From Felis catus (lineage: Eukaryota): 64,000 nt of DNA. The stretch lies in assembly GCF_018350175.1 (NCBI RefSeq), contig NC_058371.1:161758001-161822000 (forward strand). The letters are read 5' to 3'. Made by a program: the position numbers and the translations under genes. Below the pieces are notes generated by a model. That model worked only from the letters and a program-made list of their open reading frames with translations. It made no database searches and was not told where the DNA came from. Shown in pieces: positions 1-34,749 of the stretch (positions within the stretch are counted from its first letter, which is position 1; every line of letters begins with the position of its first letter).

Positions 1-170
1 TCAACATTCAGTAGGGGACGACCAGGTGCCTACCGCGTGCAAGGTAGTGTGGTGGGTAGGGGGGCGGCCGGGGTGAGCAAAAGCAAAACCAGTGTGTACC
101 CTTCACGTGGGGTGGTCTGGTAGATGAGATGAGCACTAATCAGTAATCACACAAACACACGGGTCATCTA
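1..170 (-). mobile_element. L2 3'-end relic
   Basis: Degenerate match to the recalled L2 tail (gtgcctacc..., ...taatcagtaatcacacaaa). Confidence 0.45.
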
Positions 171-723
171 CTCAGGTGTGTCTGTCCTTATTCTTGCTCC
201 GTTTTACAATAAACAGGCCACAAACCCGGACCACACGACCACATGGCTCGGGCAGACGTTTCCTGCTACTCCGTAAATTCAGTGCCAGTTTGGTGGCCGT
301 CGAGTAATTCGATACAAAGGGAACTTGTACCTTCCGATCTTACGGAACTTGAAATCTACAGAGATCTTTATAGCCACCTGTAAGTTCCTGCAGTTACGAT
401 CACTACCACTGGCTTGATTCATAGCTGCAATTACGGGTCTTAAGTGGAACACACAAAAACAGCAAACTGGCCCCCAGAATGAGTCCAACTTTTGCTTCCA
501 TTCAAACCTCTCAGTTAGGCCTCCTCAGGTGATATCTGGCCCAAAACACCAGCGCCGTGTCATGGGATGTACCGGCACGTGTCACCATCACGGGATGATG
601 GGCAGGGGAGCTGGACCCTTGCCACCTGCCGGCCCTGGATCTGCAGACGTGCATTCTATCCCGACGTGGGTTCTCCCCACTTGTAACACAACGATTCACA
701 GCAACGTGTCCCTCTGCACCCAC

Positions 724-23825
<23,102 letters not shown>

Positions 23826-25261
23826 AATTCTGGAAAACTGGAAAATCAAAAGTCAAGCAGAAACAGCATTAGCCAATACAATGACTGGTAAGCCTCGTTC
23901 TTGTGCTTTGCAGTATGGAACATGTTAACAGCATCGTTTTAGTGAAAAACACCTCGATCTAAGATTCATGGTTAAAATGGTCATCGCATGGTCCGACGGG
24001 ACCCCAAGATCATGCAGAAACCACCTGAAGCTGAAACCCTTTTTGATCGCGTGTGGCTCTCGAATTCCAAAAAGCCTTGCTTTACGGTCCTAGAATGCGT
24101 CCAAGAGTGTAGGACAACTGTTCCTTTTAAGCCATTTAAATTAAGGATGTGAAACACGAGCACACCTATTTACTCAACTTCCAAACTGGAGCTGTTTTCA
24201 CTCAAACCACGTTGTCCTTTGCTTTGTGTTTCGCTACAGAAAGTACATGAAGCTCACATCAGCTACAAGCTCTGCAAGAGATGCTTGGGCTACAACAAAT
24301 ATCTCCCATACTTACCAGCCTTTCTGATCTAGGGTTTGTGAAAGTCCCGCTAACCAACGTCACTTAGACGATGTCACTCTGCCGTGCACAGACAGACCCG
24401 GACCAGGCTCAGGCCTTGGGCTCCCGGCCCGCGTTCCCCCGGGGGCCTGCTGCACCTCAGTGGGGCTAAACAAGGCACCCGAAGCCCAGGACGTGGGAGT
24501 GGATGGCGCAGTGAAGCAGGTGAAGCAGGGAGAGGACACGGGAGAGGAAAGCATGACTGAATGCCCGTTTTTTTCCGAGGACGCAGGAAACCACACGATA
24601 AAATGCAGCAGAGACCGACGAGTGATTCTCACAATCGGGTGACAGTAGCTGCAGAAACCAAGTCTTCGACTCCAAACCTCCTGCCACAAACTGTGAGCAG
24701 GGGAGGAGAGAAGTGGGGAGAGACACTGAAACTGAACGTCCAGAAGACACAAACCAGGAAAGCAGGGAAACATTAAAGAAGGATCAAGGCAGCCCCGAGG
24801 TGAAACCACCGAACAGCCTATTCTGGGCAATCCTCTGAAAAGGCCCCCCTTTTCCTTATCTCTTCCTTTTCATGCACATCCCACTTACCTTATTTTATCT
24901 CCCCCTTCACTGCCCACATGACATCACTGATAAAGTGATCTGACTGCAGTTAGGGAAAGAACCGTGCACCCAAGTTTCAACTGGAGAGGCCCCGCTGAGG
25001 GGCCCGGGCAGGGGTGCAAGCTTTATGATATGCCATAAAAAAGTCGCCTAAGCCTTGGCCGGGGATGTACTGGGCCCCTGAGTTGCTCAAAACCCCAAGC
25101 ATGCAGTGGAAGGAGTTCATGGGATTTAACTGGTTCCATCATGGGCTTTGGAAACGAAGATGTGTGTTCACGATTCCTGAGTAAATTGGCTTAAAACCAA
25201 CCAACCAACCACAACAAAAAAGAGAAATTCAATGTATGCCTGTGTTAAGCGCCTGTAGTTT

Positions 25262-25316
25262 TGTGGGGTTTTGTTTTTGTTTGTTTGTTTGGTTGGTTGG
25301 TTGGTTGGTTGGTTGG
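25262..25316. repeat. (TTTG)n-(TTGG)n microsatellite
   Basis: Direct. Confidence 0.9.
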
Positions 25317-25607
25317 AGAAGATCCAGCAGATGACAGCCTAGTCATTTCTGGGCGAGTCTGATCATGTATTTCCACTTTAAGGTGACCCATATGCACAAA
25401 CCGGATTTCTGCTTCACTGAATTCTACCAGGAGGAAGAAAGAGTGAAAGGCAGAATGCTGGTAACCATGGCATGTGTAGGGGGTGGGGGTAGACGGGGAA
25501 AAAAAACAATTATTCTGTTCTCTCCAAGGCAGGAATGAGAAACAACTATTTACTAAGCCAAAGCTGTCATTACGTCGTGTCTGTTAATAATAACCTAATA
25601 ACTTCGA

Positions 25608-25826
25608 GGGACGCCTGGGTGGCTCAGTCGGTTGAGGGTGCAACTTCAGCTCAGGTCATGATCTCGCCGTTTGTAAGTTCGAGCTCCGTGTCAGGCTCCG
25701 TGCTGACAGCTCAGAGCCTGGAGCCTGCTTCAGATTCTGTCTCCCTCCCTCCCTGCGCCTCCCCCACTCGTGCTCTGTTTCTGTCTCTCAAAAATAAATA
25801 AACATTAAAAATTAAAAAAAAAAAAT
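25608..25826 (+). mobile_element. Can-SINE
   Basis: Head, body, A tail. Confidence 0.94.
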
Positions 25827-25839
25827 AATAGCCTTGACA

Positions 25840-25980
25840 CATATTTAATTTTAAGAAGGGCCAGCTGAGGCTCAGGGAAGTTTAGCAACTCACCCCAAGT
25901 CACACAGCTGGTGATAAAGCCAGAATTCTAACCCGAAGTCTATGTGACACAAAAGCCATGCTCTCTCCAACTCACCATAT
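25840..25980 (-). mobile_element. MIR
   Basis: ctgaggctcagggaagtttagcaactcaccccaagtcacacagct core. Confidence 0.8.
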
Positions 25981-28491
25981 GGTCTCCCTCAAGGAAAGGT
26001 CAGGGTTTCAGTCTTGTGGGTCCCCTCCTTCCCCCGCCCAACACTATTTCCTAATGCAAATTGGGGCCCGGCTTTCCTTCTCTGCTCACCCCAGCAAGAG
26101 AAGTACAATCGCAGGGCTGTGAACCCAAATGCAATTTGCACAACGCTGGCTCGCCGATGGCTTCTGCGGATCCTGGCATGTGCCCGGGGGGGTTGCAGGG
26201 TTTCCTCACTGCTGTGGTGACGGGCACAGCGGGCCCCAGAGCCAGCCCAGCCAGCCTGACGTACCACAATTAGCAGGAACGGCCTGTATGTTTGTACATA
26301 TAAATATCAGCCTCCCACTGATAATCCACTTAGCGAACTTCAAAGGAGCCCTCCAGAGCCAGCTTGATGTCTTGGGTTTTATCACATTTATATCCTGTAT
26401 TTCTTTAGCAGGGCTTGCCAATGATGCATCTTTAAAGCATTCCCGAGCTTAAGAGAAGGGCTCGCTGCTTTTATAGGGCAGGCTCCGAGGAGCGTTTTGC
26501 CCTGGCCCAGCCCCACCAGATTTCCTTCTGTGCACGCAGATACGGCAGACCTGTTGCCAGAGAGGGTTATTTACTGACATACAAAGTGGGCAATGAAAAC
26601 AGGGCCTCCGAGCCAGCGATAATGATGCGAATACTGAGAATCAACATGTGTTTGCTGCAGATTGCAAACTCCCTTCTCTGATAAACGTAGTTCTCTGGCT
26701 AGAAACCTAGGGCATTTGTGAAGTTTCATGTCGTTACTCATCGGGAACTCAAGACAATTTACTCGTGAATAATCGCACAGTGTGTGCCCTATGGGGAGGT
26801 AATGGAAAACACGAGAGGGTGGAGGGCTCCCTGCCTATGGGTCCTGCAGTGAGACTCTCTGGGAGGCCGGCCTGCTGTTTCTGGCGCTTTTCTACCTACT
26901 CTGGGTGTAAAGGCTCATCCTCAATCAGTAACCTCTATCCTGCAGCTGGCCCAAAAGTCAGATGTGCGCACGGAAGCAAGTGAGGTCACGCTCATGTCAG
27001 AGAAACCTGGCATATTAGGAGTCAGCAAGAACAAATCACTTCACGAGGAGGAACCTCATCCAAATCTGGTTTTTAAAAAATCCGAATCCCATCTCTCGTG
27101 CCAACTACAGGTTGGGTTTCGGCCTCCGACCTCTATAGCCACAACGCAAAAGAAGCAAAACCGAGAGTTAGAGAAATAAACAGGGGAAAGAGAGGTCTGC
27201 CACGTTCACTGTCAGGCTAGTGACCTGTGGTCCCTTCACGCTTTTTTGTCTCTCTCCTTCTCTCAGAAGCATGATGGAAATTGCTCTGGACTAGGCTCAT
27301 CCCACATCGGACACTCAGTCCCGCTCTCTGAACCTCGGGCTCTTCTTCCATAAAGGGGAACTAGTACCACCTGACTTTCTGGCTTGCCTTACTACATTCT
27401 CATAAGGACTGAATTACAGAGTTCAGTCAAAAGTGCTTTGAACACTGCAGCTATGGGGTTTTTATACGGACTCCTCCTGCAGACTCTGAAGATGTTTTAG
27501 ATGACAGGGATGTCAGAGGGCTGACTTCCACGTCTACATACTGAGAAAGTCAGGCCCAGGGGTCATTCGACTTGCCCTGCATCACCTGCATAGTGGAGAA
27601 GTGGATCTAAACTCGGGTTCCGTGAAGGCCCGATGAACTAGCCAAGCTGTTTTAACAGGAACCTATATATACAGTCATGAAAACAGAAAAAGAAATCTGT
27701 TTGGAGCCGCTATTGTTTAACAACTTGGCACCTCTGTCCCTGCAAAGAGAAGTGAAAGAGCCATTAAGTGAGACTCAATAATCAAAGACAACATGCTAAG
27801 CTAGAGAGTAAACAGAACACGGGCACTGTTTCCGGAAGTAAGAGCATGATCTTATTCTCAGAAAGCCAGAGGGCTAGCTTCCCGATCACCAACTGCTCAG
27901 TGTAGCCGACTGCAAAGCCACTGAATACTGAATTTCACCCCACCCTAGCGCGATTAAAGGCCACAGGAGACTCTCACAGTCCCCAAAGCCACTGACGGCT
28001 ATAAGATTCCAATTTCGGAGGTTCGGTTAATTTCAGCTCTAAGTTAATTCTAACTGTGAAAATTACATATCCTGCTTTTTCCCTGTGACAACTGTTCTGC
28101 TCTGTCTGGTAACATCAGCCCAGGCAATCCAAATGCTGGGCTACATTGGTGGCGTTTCATGGAGGGTGTGTTCGCCAGGAGCTGCACCCCACCAGAGCCT
28201 GTTTTGTTGTTCTGATCTCTCTGAGCTCCGTCGGACATTCCGGGGATGGGTGTTGGCTGGAGTATTTTTAAGTGGGAGCATTTTACCGGACCATCTGAGC
28301 TCATAAACCTTTCTACTCTTCCTGCATCAGATATTGAACCACGGGACACTAAAATGACACTTCCTTCTGATCGCCACCAAACTGGTGTGACTCCTAATGG
28401 GATAACCTGGGTGTAGTAAGTTTCAGGGCACTCGAACTCAAGGTCACCAAGCTCCCAACCCCCAAGGCTTCACTCATAAAGGGACATGCAA

Positions 28492-28705
28492 GGGGTGCCT
28501 GGGTAGCCCAGTAGGTTAAGCGCCGGACTTCGGCTCAGGTCATGATCTCACCATTAGTGGGTTTGAGCCCCACTCTTGTCTGTGCTGACAGCTCAGAGCC
28601 TGGAGCCTGCTTCAGATTCGGTGTCTCCCTCTCTGTCTCTCTCTCTGCCCCTCCCCCTGCTCACACTCTGTCTCTCTCTTAAAAATAAATAAATAGTTTT
28701 AAAAA
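28492..28705 (+). mobile_element. Can-SINE
   Basis: TSD ggga(c/t)atgcaa. Confidence 0.94.
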
Positions 28706-30048
28706 TTGGGGGGGGGATATGCAAGTATCTGCCCAACTTCTTCACAGGTCGGCTCTGATAATCAGATGTGGTAGGTCAGTACTTGACTCATCACACAAAT
28801 GCAAAGAATGAACTAAGGCGAAAAAACTACACAAAGGTCCACAAAATAAATGTGCTCAGCCCAGTGATTCTTGCCGCTTCATAGGAAAAGGAAACCAGTC
28901 ATCATCTTCTGCTTGGGTCCTACCAGGCAGAAAATGCATCTTCCCGACGCCGCAACTTGCTTAGAATCTCCGCGAAGCCCATTTCCCCCCGCCGCCCCCC
29001 ACCCCCAGCAGAGGGTCGTTGCAGTTCTCAAGCGCGGCCAGCAGATGACAGTGTTGGTCCAAGGACATGCGTCCCGGGGTCCACGGAGACGGATGCGGCT
29101 ACAAGTTCTGTGCTAAAATATACCAAATCTTAACTTCCAATCTCTTCCTTTCTTGGGTTATACTTTTAGGTTTCGTGGTGACTTCAGTTCGGAGCCCACA
29201 GAATAGAAACAGGAATAGGGAAACTGCGGCCGAAAAAGCTTAATTGTCCGCGGGGCCCCAGGAGAAATTCGGCGAGGGACAGGCACCAGCACCGTCGCTG
29301 CGAACGAATCCGCTGGGGCAGCGGGGCCTCGGGAGCCCCGGAAAACAGCGCTGCCATCCCAGGCGGCACAGCTTCAGAGGGCTCGGCAGGAGAAGCCACT
29401 GGAGAGGAGTTCGGGTGATCCAGGGCTTTGTTTCCCCCACTCTGTCCCCGCCCCGGGGATGGCACCCACCCGCAGAAGCGACACCACCTGGGCCGCGCGG
29501 GGTGGGGACCGCGACGCCGTAGCCCGGGCCGCGCAGCCCGATTTGTCCGCAGGCCATTGTCACCCCTCGTAAACCAGCCCGGCGGGGGCCGCGACGGCCG
29601 CGCGGCCGGGAACCTCGGCTGATTGGAAACGACTGTTCCCGTGGCTCAATAGCGCAGAGTTGTAAGACAAACAAACAGCCAGGGGCCGCCCGAGCGGCAG
29701 CGGACCTTGCGAGGGGCCTCAAAACAAAAGTCGGCGGCTACCCCCTAACAGCGCCCGGAACCCTACCCCCTCCATTCCCTCCGCTTGTCCCACGCTTAAT
29801 TCATTACGACGCCCCCAGCCTATCCCCAAACCCGGCTCCCTGCCCCCTCCCGCCCCTCCTGAGTCTCCCCCCACCCCGAGCCTCCCGAGCCCCCACCGTG
29901 TTGCAGGCGTCTATCCGAGGCCCCCGGCAGTGGGAAGGGTGACAAGGTCAGTCGGCCCGCGGCCCTCGGGCTCAGCGCTGAAACTCCGACGCGGCCGCGG
30001 CGCGGAGCGCGCGAGGCTGGCGGAGAGCGGGACGGCGCGCGCTCCGGA

Positions 30049-30067
30049 AGGCCGCTAGAGGGCGCAG
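30049..30067 (+). promoter_or_regulatory. CTCF motif (intron 1)
   Basis: AGGCCGCTAGAGGGCGCAG matches the core CC[AG][CG][CT]AG[AG][GT]GGC[AG]. Confidence 0.75.
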
Positions 30068-30085
30068 CAGCCCCGAGAATCTTAC

Positions 30086-30300
30086 CCGGCTCGGCCGCTC
30101 GGCCGCCCGCCCGCCGGCGGCTCCGGCTCGCGGTCCCCGGACAGCGCAGCCTGCCCCGCAGCTCCACCACCTTCGGCGGACGTTCCGCACCGTCCAGCCT
30201 CCTGCCCCTCCGCCCCCACAACTGACGCCCGCTGCTCCTCCTCCCGCCGCCCCCACGCCCTGGGCCGCTCTGCCGCCCCGGAGCTGGTGGCGACGACCGC
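30086..30300 (-). other. Candidate alternative first exon of PDGFRA
   Basis: Strong donor CGG|gtaaga at 30086 inside the CpG island; 5' end unknown. Confidence 0.55.
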
Positions 30301-32663
30301 CCGCTCGGAGTTTAGCGTCCCTGTCGGTCGCGCTCCTGGCCTCAGAGCTGCAGCGGCCTCGGCGCCCTAGGCACGACGCTAGGCGTTTGCATTGTTTTCG
30401 GCTGAGACCTGAGAGGGGGCCGGTCGGGGTGGAGGGAGAGGGGCCGGGCGGGGTGGAGAGAGAGGGGCCGGGGGGTTTAGGGTTACAGTCGCGCGCCAGC
30501 GCCTCCTATGGGCCCAAAAGCGGCACGGCCGCGGGCAGCTGCTCTCGGAGAAGGCCGCGGTGCGCTGAAACTGCGACCCCTCGTCTTTCAAGAACCCAGC
30601 TTCCCCTGCGCCCCCCTGCCCGATGGTCGCCTCTGTCCCCGCTGCCCAGCACACAGTCGCGCCCGCCTGCGCCCCTCGCTTCCCTTTCTAGGGGAAAGGG
30701 AAGACTGCGGTTGGCTGGGAGGGAGCGCCCCAAGTCTAAGGTCCTCTTTAGCTACTCCAACCTATTTTTCGAGCCGATTCCTGGCTTACTGTTCAGTTTA
30801 AAACAAAAGGAAATGCCGCAGAGCCACTTCAGCAAAAGACATGGACCGGCAGAGCCTGGACTAGAGCGCAATGGGGCAAAGCAATTTGCCCAGAGCCTGC
30901 ATCCCGCGCGGGACCTCCCCCCTCACACCCCGACGACTGATGCTGTGCGTGGGCCCCTTGAAGCCAGACTCAAGGGACGTTGAGAGCCCCACCTTTCAGT
31001 CACGGAGCTTTTAGCTTTTCCCCCAGAATTGCCACTCGTCCATCAGCAACATGTAACCCTGTCGCAGCTCCCCGGAGGCCAGAGGGAGTCCCACCCGCTG
31101 GAGTCTGCAGGAAGGCGCTGGCCACCACGTCCGCAGGACGCGTCCAGGCGCTGCGCGCCGCCCACGGCCGGTCCCCAGGAGGCACAAAACGGGCCCGCCT
31201 CGGCGCCAGACGCGTTTGCAGCTGGAAAGCCCGGCCCGATGCCCCTCCCCCTGTTCCCCTCCCCAGTCCGCGCCCCGGGAGGAAAGCAGACCTGGGGCCG
31301 GGAGCCAGCGTTCTGCTTCGAGTCCCTCTCGGTCCACCTAAGGACTGGCGCAGGGGCCGAGGGTCAGCTCCCCGCTCCTTCCCGGTGCCTCCCGCCTCTA
31401 CCTCCTCTATCAGCCCCCCACTCCCACCCCCATACCCGCTCTGGGGACTCACCCAAGCTACATTTGGGTCAAACCAAACGCGAGACTGTGCAAGAGCCTC
31501 GAAGCAGGGACTAGCCAGGGTGTCAAAGCGACGATGGACGGGCCCTAGCCTGTCCGGGAGCGGTGGAAGGGCCCCCTTTATCATGGGATTGTGGCAAGAA
31601 GGAAACCAAGAGCAAAGGAAAACAACAGGGAAGGGACACAAAGCCGCAGCGCTAGGATCCTAGTGGGGCGGATGCGGGTAAAGGTGAGGGATGTTAAAAC
31701 CCGAGCCAGCACGACTGCGGATGAAGGGCGCAAACCCGCAGTACCTCTCCCCTCCAGCTGCCCAGACGCCCGCTGGGCTCCGGGGGGTGTTAGTCCCTAG
31801 AGCGGTGCGGCCGATTGTCTCCCCCGTTTGCCCGATGTCACTCTGCTCTAAAAAGCTGCCTAGTTCTGGTTGGGAGCGACTGCGGCGAGACGAGTCGGTC
31901 CAAAACGTTGAGCAATTCGGCTGCGGAGCCAAAAAGCCATTTCCCACACGGCACAGCCCAGGGCTTTTCCAGGCAGCTGGGCCGGGCTCTGGGCAGTCCG
32001 GACCTGATAAAGGCCATCCACGCTCCCTCTCCAGCCCGGGTTTGCCTCTCACCCTGAGAGATGGAGTGAGTGGCACGTTCTTCCAGGCAAGCCTTCCGAA
32101 ATCCTGAGGTCTTAGCAGGGCTAAGGAAGCAAAGAGAGGGACGGGCGCTCCGGCTGCTGGAAAGACGCACAGCCGACATTCAGGCAGCCCAGCACCGCTT
32201 CCCGTCGGAGACGCCTGGCCAGAGCACTGGCAGCTCCCGCACACCTGGCCAGGCAACCCGGTTTCTCGCCCCTAGGGCAGCCGTGCTCGGGTCCCTCTGG
32301 CTCTGAGCTGGCTGCGACCCTTTTCGAACCGAACCGCTGATCCCAGCTGTTTCCGAGCTAAATGTATGCCGCCCGTTCCCCCGGCGCTGCCGGGGGAAGT
32401 TAGTCTCACAAGTAAAAGCCGATTTCCAAGGGGACAGACGGAGGAGGAGGGAGGGGCGCGAGGAGCCGGCTCCGAGGCTGGCAAGGAGGCCGGCGCAAGG
32501 ACTGGAATAGACACAGGCACTGGAGAGGATGAAGCAGCGCAGGGCGAGTGCAGGCGGCGAGTGCCACGCATCCCCGCGAGGCAAGGGACCCGCGAGGGGG
32601 GTCCAGAGCTCAGGTGCCTGGAGAGAGGTGGCGAGGGCGGTTCCCGTACGATCTTTCTCTTAC

Positions 32664-33000
32664 CTGGGAACCAAATCTCTCCCTTCCAAGTCGTCCCTAA
32701 CTTCCCCAGAAGTTCTGCACTTCTCTGGCAATCTTCCTTTTTTCCTTCCTGTGGCTGGGACTGGGCAGCAGCAGAGCCCCGGGCTTTCCAAAAATGATTC
32801 CACCGAGGAAAGGGGGCGCGCAGAGACGAGTGGGGGTGGGGACCACAGCGCACGAGGAGGGCCCCTTGGAGCGCAGTTCTAAATTCCTCAAATCCCACTT
32901 GCTGGAATGCGAGGCGACGACGACTTCTTCACTCGGGGCCAAATGTGTTTGTCATTACTCCAGACCGTCTGCCCGCCCGCCCGCGCCGCCTTCGCCCCCG
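32664..33000 (-). other. Candidate alternative 5' exon of PDGFRA
   Basis: Consensus donor CAG|gtaaga at 32664 inside the CpG island; 5' end unknown. Confidence 0.45.
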
Positions 33001-33840
33001 CGCTAGGGCGCGCAACGCCAGCGCACTGCGGGGCTGGCGCCCTCTCTCCTTCTCACTTCACCGATCCTGCAAACAGCTGGGGAGTCTCCCAAACCCTCGC
33101 CCACGTCCGCGCCCCCTCTACTCCTCTCGCAGCCGCCACGGTTGTGCTGAGTCTGGCCCCGGCTCGCACCCGGCGCTGCGCCGTCCAGTAATTACGCGCC
33201 CTCGGCCGGCGCCATGTGCCCCCGGCTGCCACCCAAGGTCCGGCCCTCTCCTGCGGAGCCCTTCACGCCTCCCCTCCTCGCAACCCCTTACGCGCCCCAC
33301 TCGACGCTCTTCTCCCCCCACCTCCCCCAGTCCTCCTGCGGCGCTCCACACCACCCGCGGCAGCGCTGTCCCGCCAAACCGCGGGCGAGGAATGAAAATA
33401 CTCATTAAAAACCTGTCGCCTTCCAGGACCTACTGCCAAGAAGAGGGCAAACACCTCTGCCCCCACGCCCAGCATTACTTGGTGCTCGTCCCGGTATACA
33501 CGGATACCACCCCCAGCCCCAAAAGAAACCTCAAAAATGTAAGCCTAAACAATTTCTTTGGGAGACTGTAGAGTTGTTAGAAAAACACTGCTTTTTAAAA
33601 ATAGGTCTGGAAAATGTGTGTTTTTTTTTTAAATCTCTAGACTTTCGAACTCTATGGTTATCTTTCCTCCAAGTAAAGTTTATTCAAAATAAATGACTCT
33701 GGACACACAGTTGGAATTCAACTCCATTTTTTTTTTCCTCATCGCCTAAAGTTTGAGTGAAGTTACTTCACTGCTAGCCCAAAGGGCCTGATCAAGTACT
33801 TCTCTTAGAAACAAAAATCATTTTTTTTCTCCTTTCTTAC

Positions 33841-34162
33841 CTTCTCCTCCTATGTCAATGCGTAATGCAAATCCTACATATGGAGTAAAAAGTATGTCCA
33901 CGGCTTGCCGTCCTCTCCCGTAGTCCCCTCCTGTTTTTCTCCCTCTAGCTCCAACTGTAATGGGCTCAAAACCCGCGTTTTGTAATTGATTCAATGTTAT
34001 AGTCCATCCTTCTAAAACTAATCATTTGCTCTAAGTAAATAGCTGTCAGGAAATGAAGCGCCCCCCCCCCTTCTTTGGCCTCTTCAAAATAAAAGTTTCT
34101 CTCGAACTCCGTGCGCTCTGACTCTCCACGCAGCCAGATTGCGCCTTCGCTCTTTTGCTCTT
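33841..34162 (-). other. PDGFRA: PDGFRA non-coding exon 1 (long form; a short form probably starts near 33961)
   Basis: Donor GAAG|gtaaga at 33841; body matches the recalled mammalian PDGFRA 5'UTR (...GAGCAAATGATTAGTTTTAGAAGGATGGACTATAACATTGAATCAATTACAAAACGCGG...); Inr-like CCCATT with A at 33961; 5' end approximate. Confidence 0.9.
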
Positions 34163-34450
34163 ACGCAATCAGGGGGTCCAGCCCCAACCCCCAGACTTCG
34201 ACAACAACTGGGGGGCGGAGAGAGGCAGACCAGATGGGGTGGGGGTGGTGGAAGGGGGAGGTGTTGATGTTCTGCCGGGAAAGAGGTTCGTGAAAATACA
34301 AACTGCCCATCAATTCCAGAATGAGTTCGCCTCCTGACTTAGGGGGATATTTTCCTATGTTGCTATACTGCTTTGCATTCTCTTTGAAAGAGAAAAAAAG
34401 AACTCGTGAAATTGCAGCTAATGCCCAGAAAGAGTATACATCTGGAATGG
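33955..34450 (-). promoter_or_regulatory. PDGFRA P1 core/proximal promoter
   Basis: Immediately 5' of and overlapping exon 1; GC box CCGCCC at 34213-34218 (GGGCGG on plus), G/C-rich tracts, no repeats. Confidence 0.75.
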
Positions 34451-34749
34451 AGAATGTGCCTTCTGTAGAAATTCCTAGCCCAACTGCATAGGGGGGCTGC
34501 CGAGAGAGGTCTCCCAGCGGTGGCGTCCTTACAACCTGGGGTCTTTTAGGGCAAATGCCGGGTAGCTGCCAGTCCTTAAATGGGATGCAGGCAAACTGTG
34601 GAGTCCAATATGAAGATGATGGTCTTTGTTTTTGTTTTGCTTTGCTTTGAAAACGGGTTTGAAAGAAGGTACAAAGAATCGAGGGTCTGCGTAGGTTTGG
34701 AACTTTCTCCGACAGAACGACCTTTACTCCCGCGGAAGCACTTATCTTG

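Larger units (their letters stand above)
28940..33500. promoter_or_regulatory. Intron-1 CpG island (about 4.5 kb)
   Basis: Very high GC and CpG density, no SINEs; boundaries judged by eye. Confidence 0.9.

Noticed and set aside
360-480. Acceptor-like sequence and an LQEL peptide in intron 15 resembling a recalled human truncated isoform tail
   Set aside because: The match is too short to support a cryptic exon
25193-25316. (AACC)n and (GGTT)n tracts could form a hairpin
   Set aside because: Simple-repeat complementarity with no evidence of function
23838-33840. Intron 1 is only 10.0 kb, shorter than recalled for human
   Set aside because: Readily explained by lineage-specific repeat content; no sign of a break in the sequence
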